This document shows, piece by piece, positions 1 through 14,874 of a stretch of DNA of 64,000 bases. The notes under the pieces are model-generated. The model was given only the letters and a program-made list of their open reading frames with translations, had not been told where the DNA came from and made no database searches. This DNA is from Octopus vulgaris. Lineage: Eukaryota. The stretch is from contig OX597833.1 in NCBI GenBank assembly GCA_951406725.2, positions 72,602,001-72,666,000 of the forward strand. Direction: 5' to 3'. Positions within the stretch are counted from its first letter, which is position 1. The number at the start of each line of letters is the position of its first letter. A program made the translations under genes and the position numbers.

Positions 1-988
1 TGTATGTATGTATGTATGATGCATGCATGTATGTATGTATGTAGTGTGTATGTATGTATGTATGTATGTATGTATGTATGTATGTATGTATGTATGTGTG
101 TCTATGTATGTATGTATGTATGTATGTATGTATGTATGTATGTATGTATGTATGTATGTATGTATGTATGTATGTGTGTCTATGTATGTATGTATGTATG
201 TATGTATGTATGTATGTATGTATGTGTGTCTATGTATGTATGTATGTATGCATGTATGTATGTATGTATGTATGTATGTATGTATGTATGTGTGTCTATG
301 TATGTATGTATGTATGTATGTATGTATGTATGTATGTATGTGTGTCTATGTATGTATGTATGTATGTATGTATGTATGTATGTATGTATGTATGTATGTA
401 TGTATGTATGTATGTATGTATGTATGTGTGTATGTATGCATGTATGTATGTATGTATGTATGTATGTATGTATGTATGTATGTATGTATGTATGTATGTA
501 TGTATGTATGTATGTATGTATGTATGTATGTATGTATGTATGTATGTATGTATGTATGTATGTATGTATGTATGTATGTGTGTGTGTATGTATGTATGTA
601 TGTATGTGTGTATGTATGTATGTATGTATGTATGTATGTATGTATGTATGTATGTATGTATGTATGTATGTATGTATGTATGTATGTATGTATGTATGTA
701 TGTGTGTCTATGTATGTATGTATGTATGTATGTATGTATGTATGTATGCATGTATGTATGTATGTATGTATGTATGTATGTGTGTCTATGTATCTATGTA
801 TGTATGTATCTATGTATGTATGTGTGTCTATGTATGTATGTATGTATGTATGTATGTATGTATGTATGTATGTGTGTATGTATGTATGTATGTGTGTATG
901 TATGCATGTGTGTATGTATGTATGTATGTGTGTATGTATGTATGTATGTATGTATGTATGTATGCATGTATGTATGTATGTATGTATG
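1..988. repeat. (TATG)n microsatellite array
   Basis: Directly visible; interrupted by tgtgtc and tgca variants. Confidence 0.99.
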
Positions 989-1547
989 TCACAGAACCTC
1001 TCAAAACTAGACACCAATATCTAAGTATTGTCCAGGTCTAATTAGGTTATCTTTGAAGAAAACTAAACAATACTAAAATAAGCAGTCCCCATAAAATATG
1101 AATCTGCAAACAATTTCCACTTTACAAGAATGAAGGACAACCCAGAATAACGAAATTAAGGTGTTAAATTCACTCTCAAACAGTATATGTGCATTCCCAT
1201 CATCAGATGTCTAAACGGATATCACTGTGGTTTCGACACTTGGACAGTACCATTCAATTCGGACCGTGTCCACGGCATTAAAACTATAAACGTTGCCAGG
1301 GAACCCACAAATAACAACACAAGAGTAAACGAATAGTGATAACTTGTGACTAGGGAATAGTATCTATAACAAAGAACTTATTCCAAGATGAACATTCACA
1401 CAATATAAATGTACTCGTACAATATGAATTAGTTTAGTCATAGAATTCTTCAGAATTTATCAAGAAAATTTGTTATTGGCTTGGAATAAAGGAAGGACAG
1501 AGACTGAGAGTATGACAGGTTGTGAAGAAGCTGGAGCAATTTTGAAA

Positions 1548-1586
<39 letters not shown>

Positions 1587-1771
1587 ATAGATAAATGAAG
1601 ACAGTTTAATTCCATATTTAGTCCAACGGTATAAAGATCAAGTGTGGACGTAAATGTAAAGAAAGAGAATAAATTTTGAAAATAGAACCACCGAATTTCG
1701 CATTCCGAATAAAAGATAAACATATGTAGGATGTTCATGGTCGAGTATGCGTGTGTGCGTATGTGTGTGTA

Positions 1772-1852
<81 letters not shown>

Positions 1853-3329
1853 ATGCGCGCGTAAGTCTTCTTGGGGGTTCATTCTCCATATAAATAAGTT
1901 GTTATTAGTTGAAGTCCTGGCGGAGAACATGTAACCTTTGAGGTTCTTAAGTATGGTCATCTGGTAAATTGTTTGCAAGGGCCGCCCTACGACCCATCAG
2001 GGAATATTCTCCCAAATGGGAATCGAAATTGGGTCGCAAATTTGGCACAACGTCAGCGTGCCACTTGCTCACTGATATAAATCGATTTCTAAGTTTGACA
2101 CAAAACCACGATGGAAGAATGGAACGAGATTCTGTGAGGCACCTTCATTTCTTAATGACATTAGTGATGTATGTAATTAAGCGAAGAAAATGATTCCAGT
2201 GAAGAAATGGAAACAGAATCTCGCTCGTTTGTAGCAAACAGAAAGGAATCGGCGGCGAAAGTGGGTTTTGAAAGTCTGTGACAATATCAGAGAATCCAGC
2301 TGAATGGAAATGAAAGTGAAACAAACTTTTAGGTCCCGACATAAGTTCATGAACTGGGATTAAGCTTGTGAGTTGAGGATAGTAGTTTATGAGTTGGGGA
2401 AGTTGAATTGTTTGTCACGGGCTGTTAGTACAGTGGCTATTAATTTGTGAGATTGAGTTACCAGTTGGTGTGTTGGAGCTGTGAGTTCGATCTGTTGTTG
2501 AGTTGATAATGTCAGGTGTTGATTGGAAGTGGGTGTTAGTTTGTGATTTGGAAAAATTAGTTGTCGTTGTGTGGCCCCAAATCACCCTGATCATGTTGAC
2601 ATTCTAGCAGTGACCTTTTCATCTTCTTTTCCAGACTGAATGAATCAAGGGCTACATTGTCCAGTGTGTTTTGATGCAGATTTAGTATCTATTTCTGGAA
2701 GGGTCAGCGACCTCGTAGATTCTATCCTGTTAGCTGGAGACTGTCAGTTGTATGAGCTGGTTACCGAGGGAAGTGAGCCAGTCAAGCCTTAGGAACCAGG
2801 TTCAATTCTCAGTTGAAGACAGTCCATTTCTCGCACATACATAGAGATTTTTTGCCCTTTCATTTCACGAGCAGACTTTTTCTGTTGATCAAATCGACTG
2901 GAACACTCGTCGTCGCCGTAACTCTCGGAGAGTCGAGGTTAGTCGTGTAAATAAACTGAAATGGCTCTGGTCGGGTTTCGAAATCAAGTCACACCTGTGG
3001 CTGGTGTATGTATCAAGTCTCGAAACTAATTCTCTGACAGATCCCGTCAAGAATTTGAAATGATGTTTTATGATATCGCTTTTCTCTCTCGTTCATTCCT
3101 TTTCTCAATGCTTCTTTCAGCATGTTCTAAGGAAACGATATCATTGATCCGTTGTCTATTTCGCTCCCCAACACATCGATCAAAAGATGCGATCAGAGTT
3201 ATCTCCCTTCCCCGTTGAACGCCCGTTATATCTGATCCGATCCTGTTTGTGTTTCGTATACACAACTTTCTCAAAGTATATTCCCTCAGCCGCTGTTTAT
3301 AGTGACTTTTGAACTCATTACGAGTGTGT

Positions 3330-3815
3330 CAAATGTAAGGTATACCAGGCTATAGTGCTTTCTTGCCTGCTGTATGGAATTGAAACCTGGACAGTCTATA
3401 AAGCTCAGGTAGATAAGTTACATGCCTATGTGATGAGACAACTACAACGACTGATGAATCTCTCTCTGTTTGACAAGATCAGGAATGAAGAGACTCTTGG
3501 GCATGTTGGTCCCTGCCTCCTGATGATGGGAATCCTCATTGATAGACATTCACGGTAATTGGGTCACGTACACAGGATGGACAACGGCAGACTCTGCAGA
3601 CAACTCCTTTACTCCCGACTAAGCAAAGGGAAGGGAAATCATGGAAGAAGAGACCTAGACTGGAATTCAAAGACACAGCAAAATGGAATAGGAAGGAGAA
3701 AGCCATTGATATATAATAAATGGCAAAGCGAAAGATTGACCAGTATGGCGAAAGCTTATCGAGTCATGCCAAAGCCACGAATAGTCATAGACGCGACGAC
3801 TGACCGCAGATAAAG
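3330..3815 (+). mobile_element. RTE-clade LINE 3' fragment (degenerate)
   Basis: KVYQAIVLSCLLYGIETWTVYK...KIRNEE...LGHVHRMDNGRLCRQLLYSRL..GKGNHGR, the typical RTE post-RT motifs, with a frameshift. Confidence 0.85.
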
Positions 3816-5633
3816 ATATAACTAGGATTAGTAGTCTAGCACAGTGGTTCCCAAACATTTTCGGGCTGTCGTCCCCTTAACACCCAGGCCACGTTCCTAG
3901 TGACCCCACCCCAACTAACCATCACAAACATAGACCTCTTTCTGAAGCAAATCCAAAGTAACTGTATTTCACAAATAAAACTTAACCTAATGAACCCCTT
4001 ATTTTGTCGTTTTTACACGAATCGCGACCCCATTATCGCCCCACTTCTCTTCAGGGTCCTCTTAACCTCACATTTATTGTATTCCAGACATGGATTAATG
4101 TTTAAATTTAATCTGCGGGACGGTAATAATGTTGGTTAGTCTTAGGTCAACTTTGATTCAGCAGACCCAACATCAAAAGGGATTCCAACTATGACCATCA
4201 CATCTATTTTAGATGTATGTAGCATTACTATAGTATTTAATGCGTTTTCTTTTTTTTAAAGAAGAAAGAGCACTGCCCATGGCGTTCGCAGATCATCCAA
4301 GACCACGAGATTGGGGCTATTAGTGTTTTTCACGAACCTTTGTAAGCCAATACTTGTGGGTGAAGACATGAGCAGGGAGGGGGCTCCCAAGAGATGGCGT
4401 TCTAGGAAGGAAGGACTGGTCACTGCGATAGGGGCAGCGCTTTGGAGTTGGATGCAACAAAACTGAAAAGAAGAGAAAGGATGAGAGGGTTGGGAATGTT
4501 TGAGCGAATGTTTTAGCTTCGACGAGCAGAGAATCATTTTGGCAGTGACAGAAGAGAAGCCCAGAGAGGAAACAGTGTGCAGGTGGGCTCGAAGCTGGAA
4601 GATGTCTGTGAGTCGCTTTACATGCCAATCCGTTGACTGGCTTAATTCTGGATGCAGTTTAGGACGTGCGTGTGTGCGTGTGTATAGCAAGCAACACCAC
4701 TCCAAATGTGACAACAATACCCCATTGCGGGTCTCGTTTGAGCTTCGTTGAGCATCAGTAACTGTTAGGGGCTGAAGTATCTTCTTGCCCTGAAAAGAAG
4801 GGCCAGTCGTTTTAGTGCGGTCTACGCTAGATTAATGATCGGGTTCCACAAGAAGAAAACCTCAGTAATAATAGTTTGACCCGATATTAGTAATGATAGT
4901 AAGGGCTTTAGGGGGGAAAAAAGGAACCGAAAATTGGTGATATTTGACGGGAATCTGAAGAATCAGCTGTCGAATAGGAAGAGTCAAGAGTAAATATTTT
5001 TAACGAAATGTAACTGAAGGAAAGACTGAAGTAATAACAACAACAGCAACAGAGGTGATATTTCAAGTTTGTTGTTTATTACGCATGGATGAATGTGAGT
5101 GGTGGTGGTCGTGGTGGGGTGTACGATATTGATTCATTATATTTTGGACAATAAGACAAAGTGTGTGTGTGAGAGAGAGAGAGGTAGAGAGAATGAGTGA
5201 GAGAGTTAGGTGGAGGAGACAGCGAAACTGATCAAGAGAGATAGATAGATGGATAGATGGAGAGAGAGAGAGAGAAAGCGTTATTGTGTTGTGTCTGTAG
5301 TCTTAGGCATGAAATGTGTGTGTGTGTGTGTGTGTGTGTGTTGTGTTTATTTTGTATAATTTTATGTCTTGTAACTTAACGGTTCAACAAAAACGATCGA
5401 TAAAGTAAGTAGGAGAATGAAATGAATTCTGATTGTCAATACGATCGACTAAATTTCTCGACGGTGCCCCAGTCTGGGCGCAGTCCATTGACTGAAACCA
5501 GTAAAACGGTAAATATACAACAGTGTTCCAGTAAACGAATGGCGTAGTTTGTTTATGTATATAATATATGTATGTATACACGCCTAGACATGTCGACTCC
5601 CTCCTCTCTCGCTTTCTCTTTCCCACTGTACGC

Positions 5634-5678
<45 letters not shown>

Positions 5679-6057
5679 TAATCTTGCAGTACTAAAAGAA
5701 ATTTAGTTTGATTTGCACAGACAACATAATTTATCAATGTTTATGCCTTTCATATATTCTCTCTGCGTGTTTGGATGTGTGTGTATATATAGGAATATTT
5801 ATGTATATACGTAAACGAACGTTTGTGGGTATGTGTGCATGTGTGTGTGTGTGTGTGTGAGGAAAATTACGGTTATTCAAATGAGGTGAACCACAAAAAT
5901 AACCCCAAATGAACGATTAAATAAGATAAACAGAGGGCGAAAGAGAAGGGAGATTGTTGCAGGGAATGAATGGGGGGGGGGGACTATAACAATAAATCGG
6001 AGAGGAAGACATGGAAATTGCTTTAAGTAAATATTATAGACACAACGGGCAGTCAGT

Positions 6058-6109
<52 letters not shown>

Positions 6110-6750
6110 TAAGATAGACAGGCTATCAGATAGGCAGTCAAAAAAACCATACATACCCTATATATATACATGTGTTTGTGTATACACTTATAAATGTATA
6201 TATGTATGTAGGTACATTCATTTTTATATAGGTACATACATACATTTATAAGTACATGGGGGCATGCATTTAAGTGTCTATTGTAGTCAGATGTATATAT
6301 ATAGATCTGATGTATATTCAATGCAAATTGATAAATTGATTGATCGATAGAGAGGAAGGCAGTAGAGCAGACATACATACTGGAAAAGAGGAAAACTTGT
6401 ATATATACACAACTAAGAAACCATATATGCCCTCTCATATACGTACAGACGTGCGTATCAATGTATGTCTGATTACATACATACATACATACATACATTT
6501 GTTTTTACGTGAAATTATATTTAAAAACAATTACTCAATACTTTTTGTAAATATTTATTACAGTTTTGCAAGAAAAAGGGATGAGTGTGACTTCGAAGTA
6601 CTGGCGTTTTGAAGTTGAAATTGTGTGAGCAGGAAATCAGCGAACTACAGACAAGGGAAGTACTCAATGCAAAGGAAGGCAGAGTAATATATACATATAC
6701 ACTCACATACACACATATACATGTAAATACATACACTTATATACGTACAT

Positions 6751-6784
<34 letters not shown>

Positions 6785-7210
6785 TTATATGTGTGCGTGT
6801 GTCTGTTTGTTGCATAAGTGCATGTGTATATGTTTGCGTCTGTGTGTCTGTGTGGATGTGTGGATGTATACAACAGAAATTGAGAGATAGTAACGGAGTA
6901 AACAAGTTGATGAAAACTGTCGAATATTAAACTAACACACACATACACACACAGGTACACACACACACAGGTACACTCACACGGGCACACGCAACACACA
7001 CACAACACACACACACACACCTTGAAACCTGAAACGGAGGTGCCGTGTGCATAGCTTTGTTTACATCACAACCGTAAATGTCAAACATCGCGTTGTCAAA
7101 CCTTATCAACCTGTCTGTCTGTGTGTGGAGAGTGTGGAGGAGAGCAGCGCGTAACGCAGGGAGGTGCGCCAAAACGGGTGAATGTTTTACACACACACAC
7201 ACAGATAGAT

Positions 7211-7555
7211 AGGGCCGGTTTTAAACCAAGTGGACCAGGGGCCCGCACTCTACATGTTAGCTCCACTAAAACACACATTCAAAGGGGTTCGGTAAACAGT
7301 TATACCCGAAGGTTCTCAGTACTCTCACTCCACCCCCCGAATTGGACAGAATTGCACATGCTGGAGCAGAGGAAGCTATGGTGAATTTCTAGTATAGCAT
7401 TAGGGCCAATGGTGGAGCCTTAAGTCCTCAACCCTTTTTGGCTGGGACTGACCTAACTTACACAAAGCATAAAACATCAATTCCCAGCTTTTGTAGAGTT
7501 GAGGGCCCCAATCACAATTCTCTAATTGGGCCCCGCATTTCCTAGCCCCGGCCCT
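7211..7555. mobile_element. hAT-like MITE
   Basis: Terminal inverted repeats AGGGCCGG...CCGGCCCT with internal GGGCCC/GGGCCCC motifs; no coding capacity. Confidence 0.6.
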
Positions 7556-8213
7556 CACACACACACACACGTATGTATGTATGTATGTATGTATGTATGT
7601 ATGTATGTATGTATGTATGTATGTATGTTTGTATGTATCTATCTAATACATGTATGTATGTAAGTATGTACGTATGTATATTTATGTTTGTATATATGTA
7701 TGTATATATGTAAATGTATGCATGTATATATGTTTGTAATTATGTATGTATATATGTGTGCAAATGTTTATGTATGTGTGTATGTTCGTTTGTATGTATG
7801 TCTGTTTGTCTGTATATATATGTGTGTGTATGTATGTATCACGAATTCGTATATATATGAATGAATGTATGTGTACATGTATGTATGTATGTGTGTGTGT
7901 GTATGTATTCTCAAACGTATTCACGAAAGTACGTATGAATGTATGTATATATATATATATATATATATATGTATGAGGTTATGTATGTATTCATGAAGCT
8001 GAGTGTGTGTGTATGTGTGTGCGGGTGTGCAAATATGATGAATGAAGGGTGATAGTGGGAGGAGAAGCGATTCACATGACATAAACATTAAAATGCATTC
8101 AGCCAAAAGGGCAGCCGCTGCCGTGTCGCTCTGACTGCAAGAAACAACAGCCAAATGGGGTGGAATGGAATAATGTGGCGCAGACACGATTTGGTCTAAC
8201 AGAAATATAAACA

Positions 8214-8275
<62 letters not shown>

Positions 8276-8428
8276 CATTTCTGTATAATCTTACATAAAT
8301 ATGTCAGTGCGTGTGTGTACACGTGAATAACATAGTAATTGACATACATCGATACGGACACACGGACAGACACACGGACACACGCACACACAGAGGCATA
8401 TATATTTAATAAATATGTATATACATGA

Positions 8429-8474
<46 letters not shown>

Positions 8475-8592
8475 AACATATATGTGTGTGTATATATCTA
8501 TGTATGTATATATATATATATATATATATCGTCGGTAAAACATAAATCCGAAATAGAATGTATATGAATATGTAATTAATGTATATATGTGG

Positions 8593-8658
<66 letters not shown>

Positions 8659-8677
8659 GTATATATATATGTATATA

Positions 8678-8778
<101 letters not shown>

Positions 8779-8942
8779 GTATATATATATATAAGGAATG
8801 TGTATGTATATGTATATATATAATGTATACATATATATGTATATATAATGAATGTATAAGTGTGTGTTTAGGCATACATCGTATGTGCGTATATGTATGT
8901 ACGCATGTATGTATGTAGTTCTCTCTCTCTCTCTCTCTCTCT

Positions 8943-8987
<45 letters not shown>

Positions 8988-9319
8988 CAACACGCTAGTT
9001 TCTTCTCCCTGTGACCTTGTCTCGTGCCCCTCCTCCTCCACCTCCTCCTCCTCCTCCCCTTAAGGAACCTCAGAGAAAACGAAACTGATTAGCAAAGAAA
9101 AATGAAGAAGAAAAAAACAAAAAACAAAGGAAAGATAAACTCTAGAACAGGAATAAAATAGGAATGTGTGTGGGTGTATACGAGCACGTATGTATGTATT
9201 TATAGCAGAAGCAGCGGTGTGAGTTTAGGGAGATTTCGCTACTATTTCTAGCAAGTCGTTAGTTCATAGCAATTGTAATTTATTAAAACAATTCTAACAG
9301 TCTTTAAAGACATGGACTC

Positions 9320-9382
<63 letters not shown>

Positions 9383-10108
9383 CACACAAACACACAGACA
9401 TACACACACAAACACACAGACACACACAGACACACTACATATAAACAGAAGTGCATAACTGCTTTGATAGATTAATTAGCCAACCTACACAGAAAACAAT
9501 CTACACAGCATATTGGTCTCGTGTTCTACACATCAATATCACACACACACACACACACACAGACACACACACACACATACACATTACATTTGGGTACACA
9601 CCTGGAAGTATGCCGATAAAAGCACGTCCACTGTATTTGGCTACCAGATGTCATCAGCCGTATAGATATAATAAGTGCTATTAGACTTACTTCAGGAATC
9701 CCTTCGCGTTCGTTGAGTTTATAACAAATGAGAGAAAGAGAACAAGAGAAAGGAATCTCGTGAATTTCATTTTCCCTTTCTCATATGTTCTAATTATATA
9801 CATACAAACACACATATATACACATCCATACATACACACATACACACATGCGAGTAAGTGGTCTCGTGCCACCATCAGTTAGCTCCTCTCATCACACAGG
9901 GCTGCATATCCGATCCAACTTTTAGGGACCCACATTCACCATTATTATGCCCAGTTGTTTCAGCCCAGAATGTCGGCCCTTTGAAATGCCCCACGTTTCA
10001 AATCCGGGACATCATTTTTTAACCTTACTATTTAAATGGAACCTTTGTGAGAAAGCATGGGAAGATTATGGGGTCAGAGACTAAAATACCACCGTAAACT
10101 GATCTCTC

Positions 10109-10142
<34 letters not shown>

Positions 10143-10306
10143 CCTCTCTCTCTCTATCTATCTGTCTAAACATGCCTTATACACACACACACACATATAC
10201 GCATGCATACACACAAATAAACACACAGCTGTATCCTGGTTTTGAGACGATGAATCTTATTCCAGTTATACAACCATCATCATCATCACTACTACTACTA
10301 CTACTG

Positions 10307-10364
<58 letters not shown>

Positions 10365-10525
10365 ATTTCGTCCGTCTTTACGTTCGGAGTTCAAGTTCCG
10401 CCGAGGTCGAGTTTGCCTTTCTTCCTTTCGAAGTCAATAAATCAAGTACCAGTTGAACACTGGTCGATGTAATCGACTGGTCCCCTTCCCCAAATTTCAG
10501 GCCTTCTGCCTAGAGTAGAAAGGAT
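10365..10525 (+). mobile_element. SINE body/tail; related copies at about 14435-14560, 15120-15470, 23380-23510, 42480-42720, 60230-60570 and 61090-61220
   Basis: The recurrent motif gttcaaattccgccgaggtcgactttgcctttcatcc...aagtaccagt appears in both orientations across the window. Confidence 0.7.
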
Positions 10526-10600
10526 TATTATTATTTAGAGGAACTCATTCGCAGACCCTTGTATTCTCATGCAACCCTCGGTTAGAATCTCCAACACACA

Positions 10601-10654
<54 letters not shown>

Positions 10655-11042
10655 TCCAATTTGTACTTTTAACTTAATCTTCGGACAAACCCACCGTGAC
10701 CCTGTGTGCGCGGGTCTAGGAAGGGCTTGGGGGCATTAGAACCACGGAGAGCAGCATTACTGCCCTTCACATAGTGACCGTCTGGACAATTTCATCGAGG
10801 TTGCACTACAATGATACGGTTGCCCTGTAGGCTCGAACCTGGGATTAAATAACTGCCAAGTTGACTATTTGGTCATTCTATGTATCCAGCTATCCATCAC
10901 AACCGATATCCATCCATTCACTTATGAAGAATCGCATGAGGCAACATTTAAAACACACCCACATCACACTCAACTTCAGGTACTGAACTATTGGCATGAT
11001 ACCTGATATGTTAGTTTATATATATATATATATATATATATT

Positions 11043-11338
11043 GAAGTAGATAAATGAATTATCTTATTACGGATTATTCAAATGATAACCGATACCTGGG
11101 TAGCAAAAATCACAACAGAAAACTCACGGTTGAGGTTACGACCATGGGGTCTCAAACCCGTGCCTTAGTGCAGAAATTTGAAGTTTTATAGTTTTATATA
11201 TTTAGTGTAGGAAGAAATGGAGCTGAACGAAGATTTAACAAAATTCCTTTTTATTATTTTCTACATATGTTTCAAAGTCTGCAAAGTCCCTAATTCGGAT
11301 TGAATAAGGAGTCCATTTTGCAGCCTTCTCTTCAGGAC

Positions 11339-11340
<2 letters not shown>
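11043..11340. mobile_element. Penelope-like pLTR-type repeat in (TA)n, internally inverted, with a minus-strand hammerhead motif
   Basis: 11043-11185 matches 57710-57850 directly, whereas 11195-11337 is the reverse complement of about 57980-58120. Flanked by (TA)n. Confidence 0.65.
11256..11337 (-). ncRNA. Minimal type-I hammerhead ribozyme motif (stem I truncated)
   Basis: CTGAAGA-gaaggctgcaaa...tttgcagacttt-GAAAC-ATAT-GTA, with palindromic stem III ACATATGT. Confidence 0.65.
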
Positions 11341-11418
<78 letters not shown>

Positions 11419-11602
11419 TGAATGTACATCGGTGCATGCAAGCAAGAGGAAAAACTATTCAACATGTCGTGTAGAACAAGATAGAAATTTAACAGATTCT
11501 TAAGTTTGCCCAAATACCATTTCGAGTTTCATATTTCTGTCGATTTACCTGAAGGAAGGAAAGGTGAAACTCGGAGACATATTAACCAACTTTCAGCTTC
11601 TA

Positions 11603-11633
<31 letters not shown>

Positions 11634-11961
11634 AGAATTGTATGTTTTCGCTTAATATACACGTGTGTGTGTGAGAGAGAGAGAGAGAGATACCTATGCA
11701 AACACCTACATAGATTCTTACGTACATATATGGAGAGTTGGAGAGGAAAGGAAATGAGAATGCGTGACCTTCATGCCTTTCCACGTGTTAAGAGGTAAAC
11801 TGTCATATTTGCGTCTTGAATCATAAATTCCGATAATCCCCCCTCCCCCATATCTATTTCTTTACTTTTGCCGGTTCTTCACTCGATATCGTGTGTGTGT
11901 ATGTGTTCTAAGTAGAGAAAATCAAAACTTTTATCTACAAATAATAATAATAATAATAATG

Positions 11962-12002
<41 letters not shown>

Positions 12003-12513
12003 GATTCTCTGTAATTTGGGTACAAGGTGAGCAGTGTTGGGGGTTAGTCAAAAACATCGATCACAGTACTTGAGTTTTTACTATAATTTAAGGAGCCCAA
12101 AAGGATGAAAGCAAGCTCAACCTTGGCACAGTTTGAACTCAAAACATTAACACGAAACAAGACCGAATAAGAAAACGTTAGAATTTGATGACGGAGAAAT
12201 TGTGAAAATATCCGGAGATATTTTATGTCCATGAAATGTTGTAGCTGTTAGTTAACCCGCAAGACCATACCGACCGATCAGGCGGCCCTAACCCTACATA
12301 TCGCGTCATTATAGCATGTTTTAGGAATACACTGTCCTTCCTTTTCACAGTTTGGTGTGATGATTGGCTGCCATTTCTAGCAAATAGCAAAGTCAAGAAA
12401 AACCATGCCAAGACGACATCGTTGGCTGGTCCGTTCTTTAGAAATTTAACTCGAAATGGTAAACGAAACCGAAACCGAATCGCTGGCGACGTTCACAATA
12501 AGAGCCTTAACCA

Positions 12514-12554
<41 letters not shown>

Positions 12555-13948
12555 TATATAACTACACACACTGACTTCAATTATATAAGAGTCTTAAGAA
12601 GCAAGAATGATTTACCAAAAAACTTCCATCGAAAAGAGTGACGGTAATAATTAGATAATTTAATTAAAACTAGGTTGTCTTTTTTTAATCAGTTACTTAA
12701 AATTAGAGTTTCACGCGCGCGCGCGACATACACACGGAAATGTGTGTATAACATATCTACGTTTTGCATATTTACATGGATGTAATTATATACAAACCTA
12801 CATATATATAAATACGTGTGTGTGGGAGGCATCTATGTATGTATGTATGTATGTATGTATGTGTATATGTATGTATGTACGTACGTATGTATACATGTAT
12901 GTATGTATGTATGTATATTTATATATATATATATATTACAATTATACACAGATATCCATGCGTACAGACATACACGTATGAAGTTGTTAAACGTATTTGT
13001 CTACCTAATACAATCTTCTCTCTCTCCTCTACATATACACACACACACATACATACATACATACATATATACATACATACATACATACATACATACATAC
13101 ATACATACGTATGTACAGACATTATGTATTCACACATTTTGAGGTTTCAGTTTTTAAAGAGAATCATATATCACTCTGCATCATATAGTAATAGATCTGT
13201 TTATATACGCATAGATACATGTATGCGTATATGTAGATGTGTGCGTGTATAAACATCTATCTACAATGAATGTATGTGTGCGTAAATACGTACGTAAATA
13301 TTGTACGTATGTATGTATGTGTGTGTGTGTGTGTATGTATGTATGTGTGTAAGTGTGTATGTGTGTGTGTGTGTGTGTGTGTGAGCGAATTAATTCGGAA
13401 ATACGTAAAGATAAACCTTCTCATTTATTTGACACAGAATCTGAAAGAAAAAAGATGAAGAAGCAAAACAATCGGTGGAGAGGGAGAGGTGACGGGGGGG
13501 GGAGAGGTTATCGAATGAATGAAAAGGAAGAAAAGAAAAGAAAAAAGAGGATGAAAACGAAAGAAAACAAAGAACAATCAGTGAAATAAGAAAAGTGTAC
13601 GTACCTGTGTGTTTGGACGAAAGAGAGAGAGAAGGAGAGAGAAGAGAGAAAGAGACGAGAAAGAAAGAATAACTGAGAATGAAAGAGTGAGATAAGAGAA
13701 GGAGTTTTGTTGGCTGGAGTGTTTGTGGTGATCGGTGTTTGTGGTGGCAATGTGTGGGCGCCAGGCAACGGGCTCGCGGCCGGGCTTGGAACACGTCGAG
13801 TGGGGTCGGGGCTTCGGTGATTTCTATGTAATATTTCCCTTGAACACCAACCGACAAGCTCGCGAAGCAGAAGAAGGATAAAGGTCACACTCAGAGGTCA
13901 CACTCGGAGCCCGCACTCCACCATTGCCATCATTCGAAGCCAGCCAAA

Positions 13949-14039
13949 ATGTCTGATATAATTCTTCTTTTACTTGAAGCGGAGATCTTCGCTTCTGCCG
14001 GCAGACATGTTGTAATGAGCTGCTGGGCTGTTTCTCTAG
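13949..14039 (+). CDS. Candidate first coding exon of an unidentified plus-strand gene
   Basis: CpG-rich unique island at about 13700-14040; CAAAATG start context; open frame MSDIILLLLEAEIFASAGRHVVMSCWAVSL ending at AG|gtgcgt. No downstream exon identified. Confidence 0.3.
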
Positions 14040-14806
14040 GTGCGTGCGTGTGTGTGTGTGTGTGTGTGTGTGCGTGCGTGTGCGTGTGTGTGTGTTTATG
14101 TTCGTGAAGGGGAGGTAAGAGAATGGTAAGAGGAGGTGGTAAGGGGGAAAAAAACAGAGAAGAATATAAGAAGTAAAAGTGTGTAGGGGAAGAAAGAGAG
14201 AGAAGTGAGAGAGAGAGAGAGAGAGAGAGTGATAGTTGCAGACTTGAAATAGAGAGGAAGAGAGAAAGAGAGGAAGAAAGATAGGAAGAAATGGAGAAGG
14301 GGTGATAGTCGAAAAGGGAAAGTGAGTGAGGGAGAGAGAGAGAGAGAGAGAAGAGAAATGTTTAACATTGGCACAAAGTACACGGATCTAGAGATGAGGA
14401 AAGGGGTTTATAAGTGATTAGGACGATGCTAGTAGGTAACTGGTACTTTATTTTATCGACCCCAGGAGGAGCAAAAGGCAAAGTCGGCTGCCGGGGGTAT
14501 ACGAATTCAGAACATAACTATCACGACGCATTTTGTTCGACGCTCCAATGATTTTGCCTTTAACTGGCTTTAAATAGTCAAATGCTAACGAACCAGCAAA
14601 AGAGAAGGGGTCTGTACATGGTCGTTGGATATACTAGAAATGGTAGCTAAATCTCCCTCAAATCTAACCGAGCCTAAAGAAGATATTTTTCTCCAGATCC
14701 AAAGTGTCTGCATAAAAGTCGGGATGGTCATTGCTGGAATGCCTTTGACTTAAAGCTGATAATCATTGATCCACTGGTACAAAACCACTCATTAAATGAA
14801 GGTCAG

Positions 14807-14874
<68 letters not shown>

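Noticed and set aside
4-1041. Long ORFs (345/333/318 aa) of MYVC repeats, and similar HT/YI/CV/poly-K/poly-I ORFs throughout the window
   Set aside because: They are translations of stop-free microsatellites, open in several frames, with no coding signal.
3842-3910. hAT-like terminus CAGTGGTTCCCAAAC
   Set aside because: No partner TIR or TSD found, so the element cannot be delimited.
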